From contig CAWFXH010000011.1 in the NCBI GenBank assembly GCA_963819705.1, forward strand, positions 7,529 to 71,528: DNA of 64,000 bases, in the 5' to 3' direction. Shown piece after piece: positions 41,532-52,063 of the stretch. This stretch comes from an uncultured Gammaproteobacteria bacterium (GTDB lineage: Bacteria; Pseudomonadota; Gammaproteobacteria; Steroidobacterales; Steroidobacteraceae). A program made the position numbers and the translations under genes. Within the stretch, counting starts at the first letter, position 1. The number at the start of each line of letters is the position of its first letter. Under the pieces are notes generated by a model. It ran no database searches. It saw only the letters and a list, made by a program, of their open reading frames with translations, and was not told where the DNA came from.

Positions 41532-42812
41532 ATGTCGCCGTTCGAAGAAGCTTCCCGCTACATCGCCGGCGGTGTCAATTCGCCGGTGCGGGCGTTTCGC
41601 GGCGTCGGGGGTGAGCCGCCCTTCATCCGCCGCGCGCGCGGCGCCTGCGTCGAGACCGAGGATGGCCGGCGCCTGATCGACTACGTCGGCTCCTGGGGAC
41701 CGATGATCCTGGGGCACGCGGATCCCGGGGTGGTCGCGGCCGTGACCCGCCGCGCCGTGGACGGCCTCTCCTTTGGCGCGCCGACCGTGATCGAGACGGA
41801 GCTCGCGCGCCGGATCGTGGAGCTCGTGCCGTCGATCGAGTTGCTGCGCATGGTGAGCTCCGGCACCGAGGCAACGATGAGCGCGATCCGGCTCGCGCGC
41901 GGATTCACCGGCCGCGAACGCATCGTCAAGTTCGAGGGCTGCTATCACGGCCATTCGGACGGACTGCTGGTGAAGGCGGGATCCGGCGCGCTCACGCTTG
42001 GCGTGCCCGATTCCGCGGGCGTTCCTGCCGCCGTGGCGGCGGCCACCACGACGCTCGCCTACAACGACACGTCCGCATTCGAAGTGTTTTTCGCAGCGGC
42101 AGGGCGCGAAATCGCCTGCGTCATCGTCGAACCGGTCGCCGGCAACATGGGCTGTGTGCCGCCGGCGCCTGGATTCCTCGAGGCGTTGCGCGACCAGTGC
42201 ACGCGGCACGGCGCGATTCTCATCTTTGACGAAGTCATGACAGGATTTCGCGTCGCGCTCGGAGGCGCGCAGGCGCTCTACGGCGTCCGGCCGGACCTGA
42301 CGACTCTCGGGAAGATCGTGGGCGGCGGCATGCCCGTCGGCGTGTTCGGCGGGCGGCGCGACATCATGGAACGCCTGGCGCCGCTGGGTCCGGTCTACCA
42401 GGCCGGCACGCTCTCCGGCAATCCAGTGGCCATGGCGGCCGGACTCGCGACGCTCGAGGCGGTGTCGAGACCCGGGTTTCACGCACGCCTCACGACGACG
42501 ACCGAACGCCTGGTCGAGGGCCTCGCGGCTGCGGCGCGTTCGGCCGGCGTCGACCTTGCGACCAATCAGGTCTGCGGCATGTTCGGGCTATTCTTCACGA
42601 CGCAGGGCCCGGTATTGAACTACCCTCAGGTGATGGCCTGCGATGCCGAACGCTTCCGGCGCTTCTTTCACGGCATGCTGCGGGCCGGCATCTACCTCGC
42701 ACCGTCGCCCTATGAAGCCGGTTTCGTCTCCGCCGCGCACGGGGACGCGGAAATCACGGCGACGATCGAGGCGGCCAGTCGCGTGTTCGCAACCATCGCA
42801 ATGGTTCGCTGA
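41532..42812 (+). CDS. hemL: Glutamate-1-semialdehyde 2,1-aminomutase
   Basis: ATG at 41532 inside track ORF 41097..42812. [27 protein letters not shown]...; PLP lysine context LGKIVGGG. Confidence 0.95.
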   Translation: MSPFEEASRYIAGGVNSPVRAFRGVGGEPPFIRRARGACVETEDGRRLIDYVGSWGPMILGHADPGVVAAVTRRAVDGLSFGAPTVIETELARRIVELVPSIELLRMVSSGTEATMSAIRLARGFTGRERIVKFEGCYHGHSDGLLVKAGSGALTLGVPDSAGVPAAVAAATTTLAYNDTSAFEVFFAAAGREIACVIVEPVAGNMGCVPPAPGFLEALRDQCTRHGAILIFDEVMTGFRVALGGAQALYGVRPDLTTLGKIVGGGMPVGVFGGRRDIMERLAPLGPVYQAGTLSGNPVAMAAGLATLEAVSRPGFHARLTTTTERLVEGLAAAARSAGVDLATNQVCGMFGLFFTTQGPVLNYPQVMACDAERFRRFFHGMLRAGIYLAPSPYEAGFVSAAHGDAEITATIEAASRVFATIAMVR

Positions 42813-43699
42813 TGCGAGCGGCGTTCGGTTTCCTCGCGGCCATATTAGGTACCTTGCTCCTCGCCGCCCTGCTCGCCTGGCCGGTCTGGCTGTCTGTGCA
42901 CGCGCTCGTTCCCGAGTGGCCGTTTGACCGGATTGTCGGGCGCTTCTGGCAGCTCTTGCTCCTCGCCGGGATCGTGCTCACGCTGCGCCGACTCGGGTTA
43001 CGCGGCCGCGAGGACTGGGGCTACGGCCTGTCACGAACAACCTTCATGCGCCAGGCCGCGGCAGGCCTGGCCGTCGGCGTCGCGACGATGCTGCCGATGA
43101 CGCTCGCGATGCTCGCACTCGGTATCCTGAGGCTGCGGCCCGAACTGGGGCCGGCAATGCTCGCGCACGCGCTCGTGAATGGGCTACTTGCCGGCCTCGC
43201 GGTCGCCATCGTCGAGGAAACTTTCTTCCGCGGACTCATGTACCGCGCGGTCGCGCGCGAATCCGGGTTTGCCTTCGCAGCCTGGTGCACGTCCCTCGTC
43301 TACGCGGCCGTCCATTTCCTCTCGGGCGCCCGGGTCCCGGCGGACGAGGTCGCATGGAACAGCGGCGTCCGGCTTCTCGTGGACGCGTTCGCGCATTTCT
43401 CCGATCCGCTGCCCGTCGTGGACTCCTTCGTCACGCTCACGCTGGTCGGATTGTTGCTGGCCTTCGTCCGCCGGCGCACCGGCGCCATCGCCGCGGCGAT
43501 CGGCCTGCACATGGGCTGGGTCTTTGTGATCAAGTCGACGACGGCCGCGACGCGCGTGAACGCGGGCACGAGCTGGTCATTCCTGGTCGGTAATTTCGAC
43601 GGCTACACCGGCTGGCTCGTCGCCGGCTGGGCCGCGCTGCTGATTGTGTTCGCCTGGTCCCGTGGCTGGCTTGCACCCGACCCGGTCGCCGCGCGCTAG
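42812..43699 (+). CDS. CPBP family intramembrane glutamic endopeptidase (CAAX protease-like)
   Basis: 295-aa polytopic ORF with CPBP motifs EETFFRG and a downstream conserved His (AAVHF). The stop shares the palindrome CTAG with the convergent Lon-N gene stop. Confidence 0.8.
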   Translation: MRAAFGFLAAILGTLLLAALLAWPVWLSVHALVPEWPFDRIVGRFWQLLLLAGIVLTLRRLGLRGREDWGYGLSRTTFMRQAAAGLAVGVATMLPMTLAMLALGILRLRPELGPAMLAHALVNGLLAGLAVAIVEETFFRGLMYRAVARESGFAFAAWCTSLVYAAVHFLSGARVPADEVAWNSGVRLLVDAFAHFSDPLPVVDSFVTLTLVGLLLAFVRRRTGAIAAAIGLHMGWVFVIKSTTAATRVNAGTSWSFLVGNFDGYTGWLVAGWAALLIVFAWSRGWLAPDPVAAR

Positions 43700-44283
43700 G
43701 CCCGGCTTCGGCTCACCGCGGGCTCGAGCACGGTGAGGCGCTCGAGCGGGTCCGCCAGCTCGAGCAGGGACTGCCGGTCCGCCAGCGCAAGCGGCAGGAG
43801 TTCCGCCAGGCGATTTGCGATCCAAGCCGCGTCGTCGCGCGGCTCCACGTGGCGATAACCATCTTCGGCTTCGGGCAGGACCTGCTTCACGACGTCCGTC
43901 AGCCAGGCAAGGTCCGGCGGCACCGGCACGACCGGGTCCGCCGCAATGTCGAGCACGCGGCCACGATTCAGTCCGTCCGCCTCGCGCCAGGCCTCGACGA
44001 CGCGCACGCGCTCCCGCCCGATGCAGCTGATGCCGAGCAGGCCGCCTTCGAGCCGGTCGAAATCCACGATCCGTGCCTCGGTGCCCGTGGCCGCGAAACT
44101 CGTCGCCGCGTTTGCCTCTTCACCTTCGCCGAGCAGCACCACCGCGAATCCAGACTGCTCGCGCAGGCAGCGGCTGACCATGTCGAGGTAACGCGGCTCG
44201 AAGATGCGAAGCGGCAGCGGCCCGCCGGGAAACAGCACGGCATTCAGCGGAAACAGGGGCAATTCTCTGACTTCGGCGTTCAC
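43696..44283 (-). CDS. LON peptidase N-terminal (substrate-binding) domain protein
   Basis: 195-aa ORF, ELPLFPLNAVLFPGGPLPLRIFEPRYLDMV, a stand-alone Lon N-domain. Confidence 0.82.
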   Translation of the reverse strand: MNAEVRELPLFPLNAVLFPGGPLPLRIFEPRYLDMVSRCLREQSGFAVVLLGEGEEANAATSFAATGTEARIVDFDRLEGGLLGISCIGRERVRVVEAWREADGLNRGRVLDIAADPVVPVPPDLAWLTDVVKQVLPEAEDGYRHVEPRDDAAWIANRLAELLPLALADRQSLLELADPLERLTVLEPAVSRSRA

Positions 44284-45647
44284 GCCCGACCTGCCCGCAG
44301 TACGGCGAGCAGGCGCTCGTGCAGGCCGCCGAATCCGCCATTGCTCATGATCAGCACGCGATCGCCGGCCTGCAGGTCCTGCGCGATGTGATCGACCAGC
44401 GCGGGCAGTTCGCGCAGCACCGCCGCCTTTTCCCCCAATGCGGCCGCGACACCGTCGAGTTTCGAGTCGACACCCGCGGGCTGGTATAGCCAGACGCGGT
44501 CCGCACCGGCGAGCGACTCTGCCAGTTCCTCACGATGGACGCCGAGCCGCATCGAGTTCGAGCGCGGCTCGAGCACCGCGACGATTCGGCCTCCGTCCGG
44601 TTGCCGACGAAGGCCATCGATCGTCAGCGCGACGGCGGTCGGGTGATGCGCAAAATCGTCGTACACGCGGATCCCGGCCACTTCACCGCGCAGCTCGAGG
44701 CGGCGCCGTACGCCTGCAAAGCGTCCGAGCGCGGCAGCGGCCTGCGCCGGCAAGACGCCCATGCCCGCCGCGCAGGCGATTGCGGCTAGGCCGTTCTCGA
44801 CGTTGTGCAGGCCGATCTGCGTCCAGCGCACGATGCCGACCGGCGCCTCGCGATGGAGCACTTCGAAGGCGCTGCCGTCGGCGGAGACGAGGCGCGTGCG
44901 CCATTCGGCCGACGCTTCACGCGCGTATTCCACCAGCGGCGTCCACGACCCCATGGCAAGCGTCGCCTTGAGCGCAGCATCGCCCGCATTCCAGGTGATC
45001 CGTCCTGAACCGGGAACGGTCCGCACGAGGTGATGGAACTGGCGCTGGATCGAAGCGAGGTCCGGATAGATATCGGCGTGGTCGTATTCGAGGTTCGTCA
45101 GCAGGAGGTGCCGCGGCCGGTAGTGGACGAACTTGGCACGCTTGTCGAAGAAGGCCGTGTCGTACTCGTCGGCCTCGATCACGAATATCGCTCCCCTGCC
45201 CGCCCGCGCCGACGACCCGAAATTCGAGGGTACGCCGCCGATCAGGTACCCCGGGTCGCGGCCGGCGTCGTGCAGTATCCAGGCGAGCATGGACGCGGTG
45301 GTAGTCTTGCCATGCGTGCCGGCGACAGCCGCGACCTCGCGGCCGCGCAACACGTTTTCCGCGAGCCACTGCGGCCCCGAACTGAACGGCAGACCGCTGT
45401 CGAGCAGCTTTTCGATGAGCGGATTGCCGCGGCTCATGACGTTGCCGACGAGCACCATGTCGGGTTTCAGTTCGAGTTGCGCAGGATCATAGCCGTCAAT
45501 CAGCGCAATGCCCTCCGCGGCAAGCTGCGTGCTCATGGGCGGGTAGACGTTGGCATCGGAGCCTGTCACCCGGTGACCCGCGGCACGCGCAAGCACGGCG
45601 ATGCTGCCCATGAATGTCCCGCAGATGCCGAGGATGTGCAGGTGCAT
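44280..45647 (-). CDS. mpl: UDP-N-acetylmuramate:L-alanyl-gamma-D-glutamyl-meso-diaminopimelate ligase (murein peptide recycling)
   Basis: ATG at 45647 within track ORF 44280..46316. MHLHILGICGTFMGSIAVLARAAGHRVTGSDANVYPPMSTQL is colinear with the E. coli Mpl N-terminus. GTHGKTTT P-loop. Confidence 0.9.
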   Translation of the reverse strand: MHLHILGICGTFMGSIAVLARAAGHRVTGSDANVYPPMSTQLAAEGIALIDGYDPAQLELKPDMVLVGNVMSRGNPLIEKLLDSGLPFSSGPQWLAENVLRGREVAAVAGTHGKTTTASMLAWILHDAGRDPGYLIGGVPSNFGSSARAGRGAIFVIEADEYDTAFFDKRAKFVHYRPRHLLLTNLEYDHADIYPDLASIQRQFHHLVRTVPGSGRITWNAGDAALKATLAMGSWTPLVEYAREASAEWRTRLVSADGSAFEVLHREAPVGIVRWTQIGLHNVENGLAAIACAAGMGVLPAQAAAALGRFAGVRRRLELRGEVAGIRVYDDFAHHPTAVALTIDGLRRQPDGGRIVAVLEPRSNSMRLGVHREELAESLAGADRVWLYQPAGVDSKLDGVAAALGEKAAVLRELPALVDHIAQDLQAGDRVLIMSNGGFGGLHERLLAVLRAGRA

Positions 45648-46159
45648 CAGGCCCCGACGCCGAAAAGGCTTTGGGCGACGGCAAGGCTTGCGATCGCCCA
45701 GGTCACCGAGATCGCGAACCCGGTCACTAGCCCGGTGTCGAGTGCGCACTTCAGGATGTGCCCGACGATCAGCAGGTACCAGATCGTGATGAGTGTCGAG
45801 CCCGCTGTTGTCAGGAGCCAGACTGCATAGTGAGACTTGGAAGGGCCCCGCATCAGCAGCAGCAGGATCATTGCCGGCGCGAGCAGCGTGTAGACCCCGA
45901 GGACCGCGTTCACTGTCTGCGGGAAGCGGTGCGTACGCCGTGTCAGCGCGAGCAGCAGCCAGAAAAACGCAAGCGACAGCACGAGGTCGACCGCGGTCCG
46001 CGCAACGATGCGGTCGGAGTTGTCGACATAGGCCATCACCACGTTGGTGAAAGCGTAACCGAGCGCAAAGACCGCGACCCAGGCCCACGAGGCCGGCAGG
46101 ACGCCCGGATCCCTGCGGAGCAAGGCGATCTGGACCAGCGAATTCAGCAATCCTTTCAT
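45647..46159 (-). CDS. Hypothetical inner-membrane protein (about 5 TM helices)
   Basis: 170-aa hydrophobic ORF with genome-typical GC3-rich codons. Its stop overlaps the mpl start by 1 nt (TGATG). No family recognised. Confidence 0.6.
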   Translation of the reverse strand: MKGLLNSLVQIALLRRDPGVLPASWAWVAVFALGYAFTNVVMAYVDNSDRIVARTAVDLVLSLAFFWLLLALTRRTHRFPQTVNAVLGVYTLLAPAMILLLLMRGPSKSHYAVWLLTTAGSTLITIWYLLIVGHILKCALDTGLVTGFAISVTWAIASLAVAQSLFGVGA

Positions 46160-46197
46160 GTTGCCTTGGGCCGGGACGATGGCCTACGCATAATAAG

Positions 46198-47298
46198 GTG
46201 GTGATGACGACCGGTGATACTCCAATCCGCGGACTTGCGGCGCTTAAGGAACACGTCGCCAGGTGGCCCGCGGACGCGGCGCTCGCAATTGATACGGAAT
46301 TCGTGCGTGAGCGCACGTACTACCCGAAGCTCTGCCTGATCCAGGCCGCCATCGGCGACGAGGTCATCCTGGTCGATGTACTTGCAATCGCGGACGGCGG
46401 TGCGCTCACGCGCGAGCTCGGCGAGCCCGGGCGACTCAAGCTGCTGCACGCAGCTCGCCAGGACATCGAGGCGCTCCTGCCGCTGACCGGGTCGCCGCCC
46501 GCTCCCGTGTTCGACACGCAGCAGGCCGCGGCCCTGCTGGGATTTCCCGCGCAGGTCGGCTATGCGGAGCTCGTGCGCCAGCTGCTCGATATCGAGCTCG
46601 CGAAAGGTCATGCGCGCACCGACTGGACCCGTCGTCCCCTGTCACCGGAACAGCTCGCCTATGCGGCGGACGACGTCCGCTACCTGCCCGATCTCGCCGC
46701 CGCGCTGGACCAACGGCTGGTCGCGGCCGGTCGCCGGGGCTGGCTCGACGAGGAATCCCGGGCGCTGCGTGAGATGACGCTTTATCGCGTCGAGCCGGAC
46801 GAAGCCTGGCGCCGGCTCAAGGGACTGGAGCGCTATGACGCGGCTGCGTTCGCCGCGGTGCGCGCCCTCGCCGCCTGGCGCGAGCGGCGCGCCATGGATC
46901 GCGACCTGCCGCGCGGCTGGATCCTGCCCGACGCGGCGATCCACGAACTGGCCACGTCGAGACCGCGTACCCGCGAAGCCCTGGTGCGGATCGCTACGGT
47001 TCCGCGGGGAACCGCCACTCGCGCCGGCGACGCGTTGCTCGCGGCCGTCGCCGCGCCGGTCGACCAAGACTCGCCGCGCGCGCGGGAGGACATCGGACGG
47101 CCGGGGCCCGAGCAATTGCGGATCCAGAAAGCGCTGCAAGCCCGGCTCGCCGCGATCGCGACCGGACTCGGGATCCACCCCGAGGTGCTGGCAACGCGCC
47201 GGGAGCTCGCCGCGCTCGCGCGCGGCGCGCGCCAACTGCCGATGCTCGCCGGCTGGCGGCGTGAAGTCGTCGGCGAGCCGCTGCTGGCGGCGCTGTAA
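46198..47298 (+). CDS. rnd: Ribonuclease D
   Basis: 366-aa ORF with DEDD exonuclease motifs (LAIDTEFVRERTYYPKLCLIQ; YAADDVRYL) and an HRDC-like C-terminal region. Confidence 0.88.
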   Translation: MVMTTGDTPIRGLAALKEHVARWPADAALAIDTEFVRERTYYPKLCLIQAAIGDEVILVDVLAIADGGALTRELGEPGRLKLLHAARQDIEALLPLTGSPPAPVFDTQQAAALLGFPAQVGYAELVRQLLDIELAKGHARTDWTRRPLSPEQLAYAADDVRYLPDLAAALDQRLVAAGRRGWLDEESRALREMTLYRVEPDEAWRRLKGLERYDAAAFAAVRALAAWRERRAMDRDLPRGWILPDAAIHELATSRPRTREALVRIATVPRGTATRAGDALLAAVAAPVDQDSPRAREDIGRPGPEQLRIQKALQARLAAIATGLGIHPEVLATRRELAALARGARQLPMLAGWRREVVGEPLLAAL

Positions 47299-47313
47299 GG
47301 CGGTATCCGAGTC

Positions 47314-47352
47314 AAGAGGGAACGTCCCCCTCTAGAGGGGTCCGTCCCTTTT
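47314..47352. terminator. Long imperfect palindrome between convergent rnd and the FAD oxidoreductase (bidirectional terminator candidate; same motif family)
   Basis: AAGAGGGAACGTCCCCCTCT|AGAGGGGTCCGTCCCTTTT, centred on TCTAGA and followed by TTTT on the plus strand. It fills the 53-nt convergent gap. Confidence 0.55.
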
Positions 47353-48716
47353 CAGGCGATGCGGGCGCCCTGGCGCTTCAATTCCGCTTGCACCTTCCGC
47401 ACGTCCAGGGACTCGAAGGGCTGGCCGGTTTGAAGGGACACGGCTGCTGCAACGCCCGCGCCCTGTCCGCTCACCGCGCAGCACATCATGTTGCGCACCG
47501 CCGCATGCGACACCTTGTCGCCGCCGATGCAGCGGCCCGCGACGATCAGCTGGCCGACGCCTTTCGGCAGCAGGGCGCGATACGGGACATGGAAGTATCG
47601 CCCGGTCGTCGGCAGGATCAGCAGGCCGTATCCGTCGATAAATTCCGGAAAGATGCCGACGGCGTCCTCGAACCGGCCCTGATCCCGGACGTCATCGGCC
47701 GTGAGGTTGTAGGCCGCGTCGATCTTGCGGGTATCGCGGATGCCAAGCGTCATCCCGAAGTTGCGCAGCTTCGCGTTCTCGCAGCCGGGCATGAATCGCC
47801 GCAGGGCCTCGATCGCGTGGACGGCCTGTCGTCGCCCCTCGATCTCTCCGCGCGTGAGGTCTGCCGGATCGGTGCCGTCACATCCGGGCAGGTGAATCAG
47901 GTTGAGGTACGTGAGGTCGCCCTGGTCGCTCACCGCACCCCAGGTGCCGGCAATGGTGCTGAGCGACGCCGGAATAACTCCCGCCGCGACCGCCTGCTTG
48001 AATGGCTTGCGCAGGAAGGGCGAAAAAAGTTCGTCCTCCTTTCCGCTCGTCTCCACATCCCACTCACCATTGCCCGTCCAGTCCCGGTAAGTCTGCGGAT
48101 CGGCTTTCACCGCGTCGAGGAATCGCCGCTTGTCGACGCCCGACATGGAGAACATGACCGATGCGGCCATCATTTCCTCGCGCGGCGTCTTGCGCACCGG
48201 CGCGCCGGCCCATGCGGCGACGTCTGCGTCGCCGGTCGCATCGACGACCCGGCGCGCGAGGATCGCCTCCCGACCGGCCTTGCTCTCGGTGATGACGCCG
48301 CAGACCGCACCGTCACGCAGGATCGGCGCGACGAACGGACGATGCAGCATCGGCTCCACGCCCGCCTCCTGCACCAGCAGGTCCGCGACGTACTTGAACA
48401 TCTCCGCATCAAGGGCATGGCTGGTCGACTGCGGTTCTGGCATCGCCGCACCCATGGCCTTGGCGCGTTCCTCGAACTCGGTGCCGATGCCTTCGCAGTC
48501 GACCGTTTGTTCGTGCCGATACCAGGCAAAGCCCTCGACGCCGACCTGGGTGATATTTCCGCCGAAGCAGCCGTTGCGCTCGAGCAGCGTCGTGCGAGCG
48601 CCGGCGCGTGCCGCCGCCAGGGCCGCCGCCAAGCCGCCGGGCCCGCTTCCGACCACGAGTACGTCGGTCTCGTGGACGACCTCGACGTCGCGTGCGGCTT
48701 CAGCAATTCGCCGCAC
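47352..48716 (-). CDS. FAD-dependent oxidoreductase (FAD_oxidored-type, substrate unknown)
   Basis: In-frame GTG at 48716 within track ORF 47352..48809. Rossmann dinucleotide motif DVLVVGSGPGGLAAALAAARAG. 17-nt overlap with the upstream MFS gene. Confidence 0.8.
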   Translation of the reverse strand: MRRIAEAARDVEVVHETDVLVVGSGPGGLAAALAAARAGARTTLLERNGCFGGNITQVGVEGFAWYRHEQTVDCEGIGTEFEERAKAMGAAMPEPQSTSHALDAEMFKYVADLLVQEAGVEPMLHRPFVAPILRDGAVCGVITESKAGREAILARRVVDATGDADVAAWAGAPVRKTPREEMMAASVMFSMSGVDKRRFLDAVKADPQTYRDWTGNGEWDVETSGKEDELFSPFLRKPFKQAVAAGVIPASLSTIAGTWGAVSDQGDLTYLNLIHLPGCDGTDPADLTRGEIEGRRQAVHAIEALRRFMPGCENAKLRNFGMTLGIRDTRKIDAAYNLTADDVRDQGRFEDAVGIFPEFIDGYGLLILPTTGRYFHVPYRALLPKGVGQLIVAGRCIGGDKVSHAAVRNMMCCAVSGQGAGVAAAVSLQTGQPFESLDVRKVQAELKRQGARIA

Positions 48717-49953
48717 GACCCGCCTGCTGCATCCACTCGATCGGGCGCACCTCGGGCACGATGAAAAGCCACGCGACGAGACCGAACAACGCGACGGCGC
48801 CCGAGACAATCAGCGCGGACGTGTAATTGCCGGTGCCTTCCACCAGGTAGCCGGTCACGATAGGGGCCGTCATTCCGGCGACATTGCCGACCGCATTCTG
48901 GATGCCCATCCAGCGCCCGGTTGCCCGCGGACCCGCAAAGGTCTGCGTGACCGACGGATTGGACGGGCTGTTCAACCCGTCCATGACTCCCGTAAGGAGC
49001 AGGACCGCGGCCGCTGCGACCGCGCCGGTTACCATGCTGCTCGCGATCAGGCACAGCCCGACGCCGGCGCTGCTCGCCGCGAGCGCGGTCTTGTACGCCC
49101 GGTTCAGGCTGGCGCCGCGCGCGACCCACCGGTCCAGCAGCCATCCCGTCATTAGCACACTCGCCCCATCCGCCACGTAGAACGCGCCCGTGATCGGCGT
49201 CATCTGGGCCAGCGTGAGCCCGCGTTCGTTGACAAGATACAGCGGAAGCCAGGAAAACACGAAGTAGAAAGCGTAATTGGAACAGAACGTACCGGCCATT
49301 CCGCCCCAGAGAGCACGTTGCCTGAGGATCCGTGCGTAAGGCGGGTCGTCGCCCGAAGCCGGCAGCGCCCGGGCGCCCTCGACGCCGCGCGTCCACCGGC
49401 GCCAGAGAACGAGCCAGACCAGCGACGCGAGTCCCATGACCAGGAACATGGCTCGCCATCCGTAACGCAGCATCAGGAAGCCCCCGAGCAGCGCGCCGGC
49501 GGCCGGTCCGATGAGCGCTCCGAACTGCATCGTCGCCGTCGCGCGCGCCCGCTGCCTGACCGGCACGTTGCGCGACAGTAGGCTGAGGGCACTCGGGTAG
49601 AACGTGGCTTCCCCCGCACCCATGCAAAGGCGCATCGCGACCAGGACCGTGAGGCCCCCCGCGAGACCCGTGAACGCCGTGGCGAGGCTCCAGAGCATGA
49701 AGCCTGCCGCCAGTACGCGCGCGGGACCGAATCGGTCCGCGCACCATCCCATGACCGGCTGCATCGGCGCATAGGCCCAGTAGAAAAGGCCCAATACCCA
49801 GCCGATCTCGCTCGCCGAGAGGTTCAGTTCATTTCCGAGCAGTGGCGCCGCGACGGAGATGGCTCCACGGTCGGCGTAATTGATGAGCAGCGCCGTGGAC
49901 AGCAACGCGACGAGCCCGAGCGGCGCGCGCGAAGCTGCGGTCGTGCCGCTCAC
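48700..49953 (-). CDS. MFS transporter (anion:cation symporter-like)
   Basis: 417-aa 12-TM-type ORF with the MFS signature GWCADRFGPARVL between TM2 and TM3. Confidence 0.88.
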   Translation of the reverse strand: MSGTTAASRAPLGLVALLSTALLINYADRGAISVAAPLLGNELNLSASEIGWVLGLFYWAYAPMQPVMGWCADRFGPARVLAAGFMLWSLATAFTGLAGGLTVLVAMRLCMGAGEATFYPSALSLLSRNVPVRQRARATATMQFGALIGPAAGALLGGFLMLRYGWRAMFLVMGLASLVWLVLWRRWTRGVEGARALPASGDDPPYARILRQRALWGGMAGTFCSNYAFYFVFSWLPLYLVNERGLTLAQMTPITGAFYVADGASVLMTGWLLDRWVARGASLNRAYKTALAASSAGVGLCLIASSMVTGAVAAAAVLLLTGVMDGLNSPSNPSVTQTFAGPRATGRWMGIQNAVGNVAGMTAPIVTGYLVEGTGNYTSALIVSGAVALFGLVAWLFIVPEVRPIEWMQQAGRAANC

Positions 49954-49958
49954 CGCAT

Positions 49959-50615
49959 TCAGCCCGGGCCGCCTTTCAGCGCGGCTTCCAGCCGCTCATC
50001 GACCTCGTCGAGCGTGCCGTCGGCATCGATGTGGCGCAGCAACCCTTTTTTTGCGTAGTAGTCGATAAGCGGCTGCGTGCGCTCCCGATAGACCGCAAGG
50101 CGCCGGCGCACCGTTTCGTCGTTGTCGTCGGGCCGCTGGAACAGGTCGTGCGGCTCGCCGTCGGTGCAGCGGTCGCCAGCCCTGGGCGGATTTGTCTCGA
50201 CGTGGAAAACTCGGCCGCAGCGGCGGCAGCTGCGGCGGCCCTCGAGGCGCTTGCGCAGCACTTCGGGATCGATGTCGAACAGGATGACGGCGTCAATCGG
50301 CTGGCTGATCTCCTCGAGGAGCGCGGCGAGTCCGTCTGCCTGCACGATGGTCCGTGGAAATCCGTCGAGGATGAATCCGCGCACCGCGTCCGGCCGCGCG
50401 AGCCGCTCGCGGATGATGCCGAGCATGATGCGGTCGTCGACGAGCTGTCCCGCATCCATGACGGCTTTCGCCGCGCGCCCGAGCTCGGTGCCGGCGGCGA
50501 CGGCCTCGCGCAGCAGGTCGCCCGTCGATACCTGGGGCACGCCGTTCCGCGCCTGCAATCGTTGCGCCTGCGTGCCCTTGCCCGATCCGGGCGCGCCGAG
50601 CAATACGAGCCTCAT
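49959..50615 (-). CDS. adk: Adenylate kinase
   Basis: 218-aa ORF, MRLVLLGAPGSGKGTQAQRL...; LID with CRRCGRVFH. Confidence 0.95.
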   Translation of the reverse strand: MRLVLLGAPGSGKGTQAQRLQARNGVPQVSTGDLLREAVAAGTELGRAAKAVMDAGQLVDDRIMLGIIRERLARPDAVRGFILDGFPRTIVQADGLAALLEEISQPIDAVILFDIDPEVLRKRLEGRRSCRRCGRVFHVETNPPRAGDRCTDGEPHDLFQRPDDNDETVRRRLAVYRERTQPLIDYYAKKGLLRHIDADGTLDEVDERLEAALKGGPG

Positions 50616-50752
50616 TCCGTCAAACTCCGCGGGCGGCTGCCCGACGAGGGGCGCCCATCCTGCCCGCGGCCCGGAATCGCGTCAAACCGGGCCGAATCGG
50701 CTATGCTTCGCCCCCCACGGGGCGCGCCAGCGCCCGCCAGGCGGATCTGACG

Positions 50753-52039
50753 ATGGCGAAATCGAGGACCCGGCGACCCCGGCCGCGCAATGCGCTTTAC
50801 GCGCAATCGGGGGGCGTCACCGCCGTCATCAACGCGACCGCCTGCGGCGTGATCGAGGCCTGCCGCAGGCACCGGAGCCGCATCGGCCGCCTGTACGCCG
50901 GACACGACGGCATCGTCGGCGCGCTTACCGAGGATCTCATCGACACCGGCCGCGAGAGCGTGGCGACGATTCGCGCGCTGCGCCACACGCCGTCCGGCGC
51001 CTTTGGCTCGGCACGCTACAAGCTCAAGGACCTCGAGCGCGATCGCGCCAAGTACGAGCGCCTGATCGAGGTGTTCCGCGCGCATGACATCGGCTACTTC
51101 TTCTACAACGGCGGCAACGACTCGATGGACACGGCGCTGAAGCTCAGCCAACTGGGCGCACAGGCCGGCTATCCGGTCGCCTGCATCGGCATCCCGAAGA
51201 CGGTCGACAACGACCTGCCGGTCACGGACTGCTGCCCCGGCTTCGGCTCGGTCGCGAAATACGTCGCCGTATCGACGCTCGAGGCATCCCTGGATGTCGC
51301 GTCCATGGCCAGGACCTCGACGCGCGTCTTCATCCTCGAGGTGATGGGACGCCACGCGGGCTGGATTGCGGCCGCGGGCGGCCTGGCCGCGCGCAACGCG
51401 GGCGACCCCCCGCACATCATCCTGTTCCCGGAAATCCCGTTCGAGCGCGAGCGATTCCTGGCGCGCGTGAAGGAGACCGTCGAACGGCAGGGTTACTGCG
51501 TGGTCGTCGCTTCCGAGGGCACGCGCGACGCCGAGGGAAAGTTCCTGTCGGACATGGGAACCAAGGATGCCTTCGGCCACGTCCAGCTCGGCGGCGTGGC
51601 ACCCACGCTCGCACAGATGGTCAAGCAGGCACACGGCTACAAGTACCACTGGGCGCTCGCCGATTACCTGCAGCGCTCTGCGCGCCACATCGCCTCGCGC
51701 GTGGATGTCGAACAGGCCTACGCCGTCGGCCGCGCGGCAGTCGAACTCGCACTCGCGGGCAAGAACGCGGTCATGCCGGTCATCCGTCGCAAGTCATCGA
51801 AGCCCTATCGATGGGATATTGTCTCGGTCGGCATCGAGGCCGTCGCCAATCGCGAAAAAATGGTGCCGCGGAATTTCATCACCGGTGACGGCTTTGGCAT
51901 CACCGCCGCCGGCCGGCGCTACCTCGAACCGTTGATCGAAGGCGAGTCTTATCCGCCTTACAAGAACGGAATTCCCGCGTACGCGACGCTCAAGGGCGCG
52001 CGCGTGCGCAGGCGGCTCAAGACGACCTTCGTGGTATGA
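50753..52039 (+). CDS. pfp: Pyrophosphate-dependent 6-phosphofructokinase
   Basis: 428-aa ORF in the PFK family. The phosphoryl-donor determinants read GGNDS (Asp at the position of E. coli Gly104) and PKTVDND (Lys at Gly124), the published PPi-specific pattern. Confidence 0.88.
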   Translation: MAKSRTRRPRPRNALYAQSGGVTAVINATACGVIEACRRHRSRIGRLYAGHDGIVGALTEDLIDTGRESVATIRALRHTPSGAFGSARYKLKDLERDRAKYERLIEVFRAHDIGYFFYNGGNDSMDTALKLSQLGAQAGYPVACIGIPKTVDNDLPVTDCCPGFGSVAKYVAVSTLEASLDVASMARTSTRVFILEVMGRHAGWIAAAGGLAARNAGDPPHIILFPEIPFERERFLARVKETVERQGYCVVVASEGTRDAEGKFLSDMGTKDAFGHVQLGGVAPTLAQMVKQAHGYKYHWALADYLQRSARHIASRVDVEQAYAVGRAAVELALAGKNAVMPVIRRKSSKPYRWDIVSVGIEAVANREKMVPRNFITGDGFGITAAGRRYLEPLIEGESYPPYKNGIPAYATLKGARVRRRLKTTFVV

Positions 52040-52063
52040 TTTTCGTTTCCTGGGAGTAATTTC

